Part shown: positions 56,268 to 64,000 of the stretch, in pieces
How the letters are laid out: every line of letters starts with the position of its first letter
How positions within the stretch are numbered: the first letter of the stretch is position 1
From: Bacteroidales bacterium
Lineage (GTDB): Bacteria > Bacteroidota > Bacteroidia > Bacteroidales > P3
NCBI GenBank assembly: GCA_017479385.1
Contig: JAFVCE010000024.1
Location: 21,179-85,178 of the forward strand
Direction of reading: 5' to 3'
Length of the DNA stretch: 64,000 bases
The notes under the pieces: model-generated
The model's database searches: none
What the model was told of the DNA's origin: nothing
What the model saw: only the letters and a program-made list of their open reading frames with translations
Translations under genes and position numbers: made by a program

Positions 56268-58886
56268 TTAGAATAGTTCGGTTTGTGTTCCTTCGGCAAA
56301 ACCCACGTTGTCTGCACTGTCTGTTGCGGGTGTTGGTTCCTCCTCTTCAGCCTCGGGGCTGGGTTCGGGCTCTGGCAGTGGTTCGAGCCATCTCAGGGTG
56401 TCTATATCGGTGGTAGTGAGTCGTTTACCTTTGGCTTTGTATCCTTTAACGGCTATGAACTCTGCTATATCGATGGTTTCGGAAGGCGTTTTTTTGTTGC
56501 TCTTCTCGCTGTATACTATTTCGAGTTGCGGATAGGTGTCGATGGCGAACGACAGCAACTTGGCGCCGTCGTCGATAAATGCAGTTTTCTTGTCGCCAGC
56601 CTCTGGCTGAAAACGTTTCACGTAAGGAAATCCTGATTCTGGGTCGGTGTAGATGGCAGTTATGATAGTGGCAGGGTTGTATTTGCGGATGTCGATAAGG
56701 TCGTCGTCGAAGTGGTTCGAAAGGTCGAAGTTGGTTATGCGATAGCAGCCCGACTGCATGATTGTGAGTATCTTGTCGCTTCCCTTAAATTCGCCAAGTA
56801 GTCGGCCTGCCTCGTTGACATTGAGGCGTTTAACGCTTTCGTCGAACCATATTTTGCGAGCTCCGAGGGTCGATATGCCCTCGCCTTTGAGGTTGATGCT
56901 TCGCACTGCGTTTCGGGTAAGAATGTTGCCAATAGACTGGCGCCCTTTTATGGCGAGCGAAGCAAAATCGAAGTCGAAACTGACTTTGCGCAGCCCTGGT
57001 TTCGAGGCGTGGTGAATCGTTACCACTTCGGCCTCGCCGTTCGGGTTAGCGGTGAAGTATAGAATTTTTGTTCCTTTTGTTCCTTTGGTGAGTTGGTAAT
57101 CGCGGTCGCGCGTTATGCCGATGACGGAGAAGCGTTTGACGTAGGCAAAGCCGAACGAGCCGTCGCGATAAATCATGTTATAGACTGTGCGCTCGTCGTT
57201 TTTGCGGAATATGGATATGAAGAGGATTTCTTTGCACTCTTGCGACCCAACAAACCCTTTTTCTTGAATTTTGGTGACCATCATTGTGCCGTCGCGGCGG
57301 AAGACGATGATGTCGTCCATTCGAGAACAGTCGCAAACCGTCTCAACACCTTCTTCTTTTTTCAGACCGTAGCCGGCAAATCCAGTGCTGCGATTGACGT
57401 AGAGTTTCTCGTTGGCCACGGCCACAGTAACTGCTTGAATATCTTCGAAATTGCGAATTTCGGTGCAGCGTTCGCGGCCTTTGCCGTATTTTTCGAGCAG
57501 GTGTTCGAAATAGCTCACGGCATAGTCGGTCAGGTTGGCCAAGTGGTTTTTTACCTCCTCGATGGTCATTTCGATGTTGGAGAGTTCCTCTTCGGCCTTT
57601 TTTATGTCGAATTTCGAAATTTTTCGGACTGGTTTTTCGCACAGTTTTAGTATGTCGTCGCGCGTGATTGTGCGTTTGAAGAGTTTGCGATAGGGGTCGA
57701 AGGCGCGTTCTATCTCGGTTACTTGAGCCTCCCACGAATCGCTGTCGCGTTCGAGGACTTTGTAGATTCGTTTTTCGAAGAATATTTTTTCAAGGTTCAC
57801 CCAGTGCCATCGGCCTTCGAGTTCGTCGAGTTGGATTTCGAGTTCGCGCCGCAGTAGGTCGCGGGTGCGCATAGTGGAGTGTCGCAGGATGTCGCTCACC
57901 GTCATGAATACGGGCTTGTTGTCGACTATGACGCACGTTTGGGGCGAGAACGAGGTTTGGCAGTTGGTGAAGGCGTAGAGGGCGTCTATGGTTTGGTCGG
58001 GCGATATGCCAGCTGGCAGGTGGACCACAATTTCGACGTCGGCAGCCGTGTTGTCGTCGACTTTTTTTATCTTGATTTTTCCTTTTTCGTTGGCTTTGAC
58101 AATGCTGTCGATTAGGACATCGGTCGTTATGCCGTATGGTATTTCGGTGATAATGATGGCTTTACGTTTTTCGTCGTAGTGCATCTTGGCGCGAATGCGG
58201 AGTCGTCCGCCCTGGGCGCCGTCGTTGTATCGACTCACGTCGATTAGGCCTCCGGTGGGGAAGTCGGGGTAGATTTCGAAGGGTTGGTTGCGGAGGATTT
58301 TGATGCTGCTTTCGAGTAGTTCGCAGAAGTTATAGGGGAGGATGACCGAGGTGAGGGTGACGGCAATGCCTTTGGTGCCTTGGGCAAGGAGCAGTGGGAA
58401 CTTGACGGGTAGGGTAACGGGTTCTTGTTTGCGGCCGTCGTAGCTGGGTTTCCACTCGGTTGTTTTGGGGTTGAAAACCACGTCTTTAGCAAATTTTGAG
58501 AGCCTTGCCTCGATGTATCGGCCGGCGGCGGCGTCGTCGCCGGTGAGTATGTTGCCCCAGTTGCCCTGGCAGTCGATGAGTAGGTTTTTTTGGCCGAGGT
58601 TGACGAGTGCGTCTTTGATGGAGGCGTCGCCGTGGGGGTGGTATTGCATGGTGTTGCCCACGATGTTGGCCACTTTGGTGAAGCGTCCGTCGTCGGTTTC
58701 CTTCATGGCGTGGAGTATGCGACGTTGAACTGGTTTGAGGCCGTCGTCGATGTCGGGCACGGAGCGGTCGAGGATGACGTCGGAGGCATAGTCCACCCAG
58801 TAGTCGCGGAACATGGTGTTGAGCGACATGGTTTGGCCTTCTTGGGGTGGCTGTGGGGTGGGGTGGGGGGTGAGGTTTTCGTCCAT
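56268..58886 (-). CDS. parC: DNA topoisomerase IV subunit A (GyrA/ParC family)
   Basis: 872 aa with GLKPVQRRILHAM and the active-site region AAGRYIEARL. It has a Pro-rich N-terminal extension and an acidic C-terminal extension. Confidence 0.88.
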   Translation of the reverse strand: MDENLTPHPTPQPPQEGQTMSLNTMFRDYWVDYASDVILDRSVPDIDDGLKPVQRRILHAMKETDDGRFTKVANIVGNTMQYHPHGDASIKDALVNLGQKNLLIDCQGNWGNILTGDDAAAGRYIEARLSKFAKDVVFNPKTTEWKPSYDGRKQEPVTLPVKFPLLLAQGTKGIAVTLTSVILPYNFCELLESSIKILRNQPFEIYPDFPTGGLIDVSRYNDGAQGGRLRIRAKMHYDEKRKAIIITEIPYGITTDVLIDSIVKANEKGKIKIKKVDDNTAADVEIVVHLPAGISPDQTIDALYAFTNCQTSFSPQTCVIVDNKPVFMTVSDILRHSTMRTRDLLRRELEIQLDELEGRWHWVNLEKIFFEKRIYKVLERDSDSWEAQVTEIERAFDPYRKLFKRTITRDDILKLCEKPVRKISKFDIKKAEEELSNIEMTIEEVKNHLANLTDYAVSYFEHLLEKYGKGRERCTEIRNFEDIQAVTVAVANEKLYVNRSTGFAGYGLKKEEGVETVCDCSRMDDIIVFRRDGTMMVTKIQEKGFVGSQECKEILFISIFRKNDERTVYNMIYRDGSFGFAYVKRFSVIGITRDRDYQLTKGTKGTKILYFTANPNGEAEVVTIHHASKPGLRKVSFDFDFASLAIKGRQSIGNILTRNAVRSINLKGEGISTLGARKIWFDESVKRLNVNEAGRLLGEFKGSDKILTIMQSGCYRITNFDLSNHFDDDLIDIRKYNPATIITAIYTDPESGFPYVKRFQPEAGDKKTAFIDDGAKLLSFAIDTYPQLEIVYSEKSNKKTPSETIDIAEFIAVKGYKAKGKRLTTTDIDTLRWLEPLPEPEPSPEAEEEEPTPATDSADNVGFAEGTQTELF

Positions 58887-58930
58887 TGGGTAGGGGGTTG
58901 AGTGGGGTTGTGGTCGGGGGTTAGTGGGCT

Positions 58931-58978
58931 GATTATCAATGCTTGTTCGAGCTCAATACGACCTTAATACGGTCTCAG
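58931..58978 (+). repeat. dispersed 11-bp-phased repeat, truncated copy F
   Basis: gattatcaat gcttgttcgag ctcaatacgac cttaatacggt ctcagg, preceded by G-tract-rich DNA at 58850-58930. Confidence 0.75.
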
Positions 58979-58979
58979 G

Positions 58980-59807
58980 CTATTGTTGGTGCTGGTTTTC
59001 AGGTGGTTGCGATGGCGTTTGTGGTGGTTCGGATATGGGGCAGTTGGCGAGTGGGGTGGGTTGCCTGTTGTCGAGCAAGGTGAGTCCTTGGCCGGGGGCG
59101 AAGTAGGCGTAGTTGCGATTGATGAGCCAGTCGCCGACGTTGATGTAGGTTGTGCCTTGTTGCAGTTGGCGGGCGAGTGGGGTGTGGCGGTGTCCGAAGA
59201 CGCAGTAGTCGAAGTGTTCTTGGGCCAGGCGTTGGTGGCAGTATTGTACTATGCCTTCGCGTTCGTCGCCGAGGTAGCGCAGGGTGTCTTGCTGAGCGTG
59301 GCGCACCTTGTTGTTATCGCTCCATCGGTGGGCTATGCCGAAGGTGAAGGCTGAGGGGAGCAGTTTGAACATTCGTTGGCAGAATGGCGAGCGGAACAGT
59401 CGGCGCAGGCGGTTGAACGAGGGGTCGGTGTTGCCCAAGCCGTCGCCGTGGCCTATGAGGAAGGTGCACTCGCCGAAGGTCAGTGTGGCTGGTTGTTCGT
59501 GTTGGGTGAGGCCTATTTCGTTGGTCAGGTAGTCGAAGAGCCACATATCGTGGTTGCCTGTAAAGTAGTGTATCTCGGTGCCGTTGTCGGCCATGGCGGC
59601 CAGTTTGCCGAGCAGGCGCACGTGGCCTCGTGGCACGAGGTGGCGGTAGGTGAACCAGAAGTCGAACATATCGCCAAGCAGCACGAGGGTGTGGCAGTGG
59701 GGCTCGATGTTGTCGAGCAGTGTGCATAGTTCGCGCTCGCGTTGGGGCGAGTCGGGGCCGCTGCCAAGGTGTGCGTCGGTTACGAAGTATAGGCGGTCTT
59801 TCTGCAT
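58980..59807 (-). CDS. lpxH: UDP-2,3-diacylglucosamine diphosphatase
   Basis: 275 aa with metallophosphoesterase motifs (YFVTDAHLG, LLGDMFDFW, GNHD). Confidence 0.88.
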   Translation of the reverse strand: MQKDRLYFVTDAHLGSGPDSPQRERELCTLLDNIEPHCHTLVLLGDMFDFWFTYRHLVPRGHVRLLGKLAAMADNGTEIHYFTGNHDMWLFDYLTNEIGLTQHEQPATLTFGECTFLIGHGDGLGNTDPSFNRLRRLFRSPFCQRMFKLLPSAFTFGIAHRWSDNNKVRHAQQDTLRYLGDEREGIVQYCHQRLAQEHFDYCVFGHRHTPLARQLQQGTTYINVGDWLINRNYAYFAPGQGLTLLDNRQPTPLANCPISEPPQTPSQPPENQHQQ

Positions 59808-59814
59808 TTAGGGG

Positions 59815-61095
59815 TCAAGTTTTACGAAGCCATTCGCGTGGGTTTTGCGAGTTGGTGCCGCGCCACAGTTGGAAGCTGAATTCGGCCACTCCGTCGCTGT
59901 TGGTGTAGACGGTGCCGAGGTTTTGACGAGCTGTTACTTTGGTGCCTTCGCTCACGGTGACGGTGCCCATGTTGGCGTATACGGTCATGTATTCGCCGTG
60001 GCGTACGATTATGCCTTTGGTGCCGTTGGGACAGGTGAAGACGCGCGTTACGGTGCCGCCGAATATGGCGTTGACTGCTGTGCCCGAGGCGCAAACGAGG
60101 TCGATGCCGTGGTTCATGTTTTGTCCGCCCGAGGAGTGGGTGTAGCGGCCATATTCGCGAGCCACACTTTTGTAGTATACTGGCCACGAGAAGCGTCCTT
60201 TGTTCGACGCAAAGTCGTCGCTCAAGGCTGCGTCGGCTGTCGAGGCAGCTGGCGACGACACTGTTCCGCCGCCTTTACCGGTCGAGGTAGGTGTTGCCTT
60301 TTTGGCTTTTTGCGCTTTGGCTATTTCTTCGTTGATTATGCGCTGAATTTGCTGTTGCAGCTGGTTCTTTTGTTTTTCTTTGTCTTTGATTTGCTGTTGC
60401 AGGTTTTTTTCGCGCTGTTTTGAGTTGTTGAGCAGGCGTTGCTGCTGTTTTTGCTCTTTGGCCAGCTCGTCTTGCTGGCGTTTTTCTTGCACTATGAGGG
60501 TGCTTTTTTCGCGTTGTTGGCGGTGCAGGTCGAGGGTGGTGCTGAATAGTTCGTCTTCGCGCTGTTTGATGTAGCCGGCCTGAACGCGGCGGTAGCGGCT
60601 GTAGTCGCGGAAGTATTTGGTGCGTAGGTAGGCGGTGTTGTACGACTTGGTGTCGAGCACGAGCACAAGTTTGTCGAGGTTGCCTCGCTCGCCATAGAGC
60701 TTGCGGGTAACGGCGGCATATTCGTTTTTCAGACTGTCTATGCGCGACCGCATGACGGCCAAGCTGTCTTGGGTTTGGCCAATCTGGATGTTGAGCAGGT
60801 TCATCTGGCCGTTAAGGTTGTTGATGAGGCGTGTGCGCTCGTTGATTTTGCGGTTAAGCAGCTGCACCTGGTTGGCGCTTTGCTTGCTGCCGCGCTTGGC
60901 TTTGGCCAGTTCGCTGTTCAGGTTTTTGATTTCTTGTTCCACTCGGGCCTTGTCTTTTTCGAGCTGCGATTTGGATTGGCCCATAGTGGGTGTGCACGAA
61001 AAGTGGAAAATCATGCCGGCGCAGGCCAGCACGATGATTTTCCACTTTTTGCTATAGAGCGGTTGGTTACCAGTTGAGGATTTTTTTGAAGTCAT
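59815..61095 (-). CDS. coiled-coil M23 peptidase family protein (EnvC-like murein hydrolase activator)
   Basis: 426 aa with long Q/K/E-rich coiled-coil segments and a C-terminal M23 domain (HGIDLVCASGTAV...HGEYMTVYANM). Its start overlaps the pfk 3' end by 29 nt. Confidence 0.85.
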   Translation of the reverse strand: MTSKKSSTGNQPLYSKKWKIIVLACAGMIFHFSCTPTMGQSKSQLEKDKARVEQEIKNLNSELAKAKRGSKQSANQVQLLNRKINERTRLINNLNGQMNLLNIQIGQTQDSLAVMRSRIDSLKNEYAAVTRKLYGERGNLDKLVLVLDTKSYNTAYLRTKYFRDYSRYRRVQAGYIKQREDELFSTTLDLHRQQREKSTLIVQEKRQQDELAKEQKQQQRLLNNSKQREKNLQQQIKDKEKQKNQLQQQIQRIINEEIAKAQKAKKATPTSTGKGGGTVSSPAASTADAALSDDFASNKGRFSWPVYYKSVAREYGRYTHSSGGQNMNHGIDLVCASGTAVNAIFGGTVTRVFTCPNGTKGIIVRHGEYMTVYANMGTVTVSEGTKVTARQNLGTVYTNSDGVAEFSFQLWRGTNSQNPREWLRKT

Positions 61096-62296
61096 ATTCC
61101 TCGGGGTTGGAGAGGTATTGTTTTGCGGCCTCGTAGTCGGTGGGGGTAATGTAGTCCATAATGTCGTCGACGTAGGAGGTTACCTTGTTGCTGTTCACGT
61201 TGACCAGGCGGGGCGGTATCTTGCCGGTGGTGGGGTCTTGCAGGTCTTTGAGGAAGAGGGGCGAAACGTTGCCTTGGTGGTCCACATAAACCATGCAGCC
61301 GGTGGCGCCCTCGTTGTAGAGTTTGTGTACTCCCATACCCATAAGCGAGCAGTATGTCAAGTCGAAGGCGATGGGGGTGTGGCAACGAATTTCGTAGCCA
61401 ATCTCTACGGGGCGGCTTTTCACCTTGAGGCCCAGTTGCTTCACCTTGCGCTCCAATAGGTCGTTGAAGATGTGAGCTTTCGACACTTTGCCCAGTTCGG
61501 GGTGGCCGTGCTCGTCGTAGGAGAAGTGTATGCCCGAGTTTTTAATCTCGTCGTCGCTCAAGCTGTGGAATACGCCCTCGCTAATCATGGCGGCTCCATA
61601 GTTTATGCCCATCAGCTTGCGCTTCACGATGCAGGAGATAACCATGTTGATAATCTTGTCGACGGTTATTTCGGTCTTGTTGAAGAATTCGGGGATGATG
61701 ACCATCGGGTAGTGGCAGGCGCCGGCAATGCCGAGTGCGAGGTGGCCAGCCGAGCGGCCCATGGCGCTGACCACGAACCAGTTTTCGCTGGTGCGAGCGT
61801 CTTCCATAACGGCTGTGGCTAGCACGCAGCCCTGGGCTTTGGCCGAGTTGTAGCCAAAGGTGGGCGAACTGTTGGGCAGCGGCAGGTCGTTGTCGATGGT
61901 TTTGGGAACGTGGATGTTGGCAATGTGGTAGTTTTTCGAGGCCAGGAACTTGGCAATGCGGTTGGCGGTCGAGGCGGTGTCGTCGCCGCCAACGGTTACC
62001 AGCAGCTTGATGTCGTTGTCGGTAAAAAGCTTCAGGTTGAAGCGTTGGTCAAAGTCCTCGTCGGTGGGTTTGAAGCGGCTCATCTTCAAAATCGAGCCAC
62101 CTTTGTTGAATATTTCGTCGGCAGTCAGGAAGTCAATGTCCTGCATTCGGGGCTTGTCGGTAAAGAGCGAACTGTAGCCGCCATGGAGGCCGATGACTCT
62201 GAAACCGTCGCGCAAAAATGTTTTGGCCACCGAGGCCACTACGGTGTTCATTCCCGGCGCGGGGCCGCCGCCTGTCAGAATCGCTATACTTTTCAT
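61067..62296 (-). CDS. 6-phosphofructokinase family, probably PPi-dependent
   Basis: I place the start at MKSIAILTGGGPAPGMN (ATG 62296-62294). The motif is GGDDT rather than GGDGS, the substitution classically associated with PPi-PFKs. Confidence 0.85.
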   Translation of the reverse strand: MKSIAILTGGGPAPGMNTVVASVAKTFLRDGFRVIGLHGGYSSLFTDKPRMQDIDFLTADEIFNKGGSILKMSRFKPTDEDFDQRFNLKLFTDNDIKLLVTVGGDDTASTANRIAKFLASKNYHIANIHVPKTIDNDLPLPNSSPTFGYNSAKAQGCVLATAVMEDARTSENWFVVSAMGRSAGHLALGIAGACHYPMVIIPEFFNKTEITVDKIINMVISCIVKRKLMGINYGAAMISEGVFHSLSDDEIKNSGIHFSYDEHGHPELGKVSKAHIFNDLLERKVKQLGLKVKSRPVEIGYEIRCHTPIAFDLTYCSLMGMGVHKLYNEGATGCMVYVDHQGNVSPLFLKDLQDPTTGKIPPRLVNVNSNKVTSYVDDIMDYITPTDYEAAKQYLSNPEEYDFKKILNW

Positions 62297-62335
62297 GATT
62301 TGTATCGTCGTTTTGGTGATTAATGAAAATTTTTG

Positions 62336-62343
62336 CAAATTTA
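62336..62343 (-). promoter_or_regulatory. -7 box TAAATTTG upstream of pfk
   Basis: The reverse complement of caaattta lies 40 nt upstream of the ATG. Confidence 0.55.
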
Positions 62344-62431
62344 CACAAAAATTTTGGATTTTGGCTCGAAAAGAGCAAAAATATGTTTTTTTGTCTCTTT
62401 TTGCCACATTTGGGCCCTTGCGAGTGGCCTA

Positions 62432-63289
62432 TTAGTGGCTAATCCAGCGTGCTGTTTTCATGTATTTGCGCAACCATGTGAGTTGCTTTTTTGCGTAGTG
62501 CCAAGTGTTGATTTTGATGTCGGACACAGCCTTGTCGAGGCTTATGGTGCCATCGGCGGCAGCCATCAGTTCGCGGTAGCCCACGGTGTTGAGGGTGTTG
62601 AGGTGGCGCAGCGGCAGCAGCCCCTCCACCTCCTCTTTCAGGCCGGCGGCCATCATGGCGTCTACGCGGCTGTCTATTCTTTGGCGCAAGGTGTCGGTAT
62701 CGGCTGTCAACACGGTGGCGTCGACTTCGAACGGTGGCTGTTCTACTGGCTGGCGCAGCAGTTCGCTGTATGGGCGGCCTGTGGTGAGGCACACCTCGAG
62801 GGCTCGCTGAATGCGTGCTGGGTTGGCAAGGTCTACTCGGGCGTAGTAGTCTGGGTCTAACTGCTGCAGTTGCCGGCGCAGGCTCTCGAGACCTTCGTCG
62901 CGCAGGCGCTGTTTCAGCTCGTCGCGCAGTCCGGGTGCGGGGTCGGGCATGGCGGCTATGCTGCCTGTCAGAGCCTGGATGTATAGCCCACTGCCACCAG
63001 CTGCGATAACGGTGTCGTGGCTTTCGAATAGGCGGGCAATCGTTTTTCGCGCGTCGGCACCAAAGCGGTAAACGTCGTATGGCTCGCTCACCGAGCGGCA
63101 GGCTACATAGTGGTGTCGGGCTGCCGCCTGCTCGTCGTCGGTGGGACGGGCAACACCAATTTTCAGTTCGCGATAGAATTGGCGCGAGTCGCACGACACT
63201 ATTTCGGTCCCCAGTTTTTGGGCCAACTCCACAGCGTAGGCCGTTTTGCCCACCGCTGTGGGGCCTGCAATTATTATCAGTCGGCTCAT
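62432..63289 (-). CDS. miaA: tRNA dimethylallyltransferase
   Basis: I place the start at MSRLIIIAGPTAVGKT (P-loop). It overlaps the aroA stop by 4 nt. Confidence 0.9.
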   Translation of the reverse strand: MSRLIIIAGPTAVGKTAYAVELAQKLGTEIVSCDSRQFYRELKIGVARPTDDEQAAARHHYVACRSVSEPYDVYRFGADARKTIARLFESHDTVIAAGGSGLYIQALTGSIAAMPDPAPGLRDELKQRLRDEGLESLRRQLQQLDPDYYARVDLANPARIQRALEVCLTTGRPYSELLRQPVEQPPFEVDATVLTADTDTLRQRIDSRVDAMMAAGLKEEVEGLLPLRHLNTLNTVGYRELMAAADGTISLDKAVSDIKINTWHYAKKQLTWLRKYMKTARWISH

Positions 63290-64000
63290 AGCAGGGTGTT
63301 GAATTGTTGCCAAAAGGTTGGGAACGATTTGGTTACGACCTCTGGGTTCTCGATTTCGAGGCTCGGAAACAGCAACTTGAGTGGCGCGAAGGCCATTGCC
63401 ATGCGGTGGTCGCCATAGGTTTGTACCGCCCCTTTGGGGCGGAGGGTGGAAGGGAAGATGGTTAGTGTGCCGTCGCTAACAATGGTGCGGACGCCGAGGC
63501 GTTGCAACTCGGCGCTAACGGCCGACAGACGGTCCGACTCTTTGGCACCCAAGTTGTGAAGTCCGCGCAGTGTGGCCTTTACTTTAAGCGCAGCGCAGGC
63601 CACAGCTACGGTCGGCATAAGGTCGGGATTGTCGATTAGCGAGAGGGTGATTTGTTTGGCGCGTTCGCCACCGCCGGTGAGGGTGAGCGAGCGCACGTCG
63701 CGCCGATAGGGCTGGCGCACTTCGCGGCAACTCACGCCCAGTCGGGCAAAAATTTCGTTTGTTGTCGCATCGCCTTGCAACGAGTTGAGGGCCAGGCTTT
63801 TGAGTCGAATGCGCAGGTCGGGGCGCAGGGCCGCTGCAGCAAAGAAGTAGGAGGCGGCAGTCCAGTCGCGCTCGATGGTTATGGTTTTGGGTGGGGCAAA
63901 GGTGTCGCAATGGTCTACATAGATGGTACGGCCGTTCGAACTGAACCTGACCCCAACGCCGCATTGGCGCAGTATTTCGCAGGTCATGGCTATGTAGGGG
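63286..64000 (-). CDS. aroA: 3-phosphoshikimate 1-carboxyvinyltransferase, C-terminal part (gene continues past window end)
   Basis: It has LMPTVAVACA, LRGLHNLGAKESDRL and GDHRMAMAFAPL motifs. Confidence 0.9.
   Translation of the reverse strand, partial: PYIAMTCEILRQCGVGVRFSSNGRTIYVDHCDTFAPPKTITIERDWTAASYFFAAAALRPDLRIRLKSLALNSLQGDATTNEIFARLGVSCREVRQPYRRDVRSLTLTGGGERAKQITLSLIDNPDLMPTVAVACAALKVKATLRGLHNLGAKESDRLSAVSAELQRLGVRTIVSDGTLTIFPSTLRPKGAVQTYGDHRMAMAFAPLKLLFPSLEIENPEVVTKSFPTFWQQFNTLL

Noticed and set aside
1-64000. Mobile elements, prophage, defence islands, toxin-antitoxin pairs, rRNA, RNase P, tmRNA or SRP RNA
   Set aside because: I looked for transposase, integrase, phage or defence-type proteins in the ORF track and found none. 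I also looked for hallmark strings of the common structural RNAs in the larger intergenic regions and found none.

Overview
High-GC, gene-dense chromosomal segment that looks like Bacteroidota/Bacteroidales. Supporting signs are many TAnnTTTG -7 promoter boxes, a PorP/SprF gene with a T9SS C-terminal sorting domain, GH92, DUF6029/Omp28-type genes and little sign of Shine-Dalgarno sequences. I call about 55 protein genes and 2 tRNAs. Most are core housekeeping genes: dapD, thrS-infC-rpmI-rplT-rplS, yebC, dapA, rnhB, tsaD, tamB, phoH, ispE, rpsO-pnp, folE, tsaB, ileS, ftcD, hflX, parC, lpxH, a PPi-type pfk, miaA and aroA. I saw no transposase, integrase, phage, CRISPR, toxin-antitoxin or recognisable defence genes. 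The accessory-like parts are: (1) a compact phosphonate operon (membrane protein, IspD-like cytidylyltransferase, cytidylyltransferase-PEP mutase fusion, phosphonopyruvate decarboxylase) with no tailoring or transfer enzyme; (2) a TlpA / DUF6029 beta-barrel / Omp28-like CxxC lipoprotein cluster; (3) a PorP/SprF - OmpA/TolB-like - S8 protease(CTD) T9SS module; (4) TamB followed by a membrane-fused LytTR protein and a phosphodiester glycosidase. The most unusual signal is not a gene. It is a dispersed, colinear repeat of about 80-90 bp, made of phased 11-bp units. At least six good copies lie in intergenic DNA in both orientations. Shorter fragments sit inside two CDSs and across one stop codon, and there is one AT-rich diverged copy. 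Some copies have G-tract-rich DNA on one side. All calls come from reading the sequence and ORF track by eye, with no database search.
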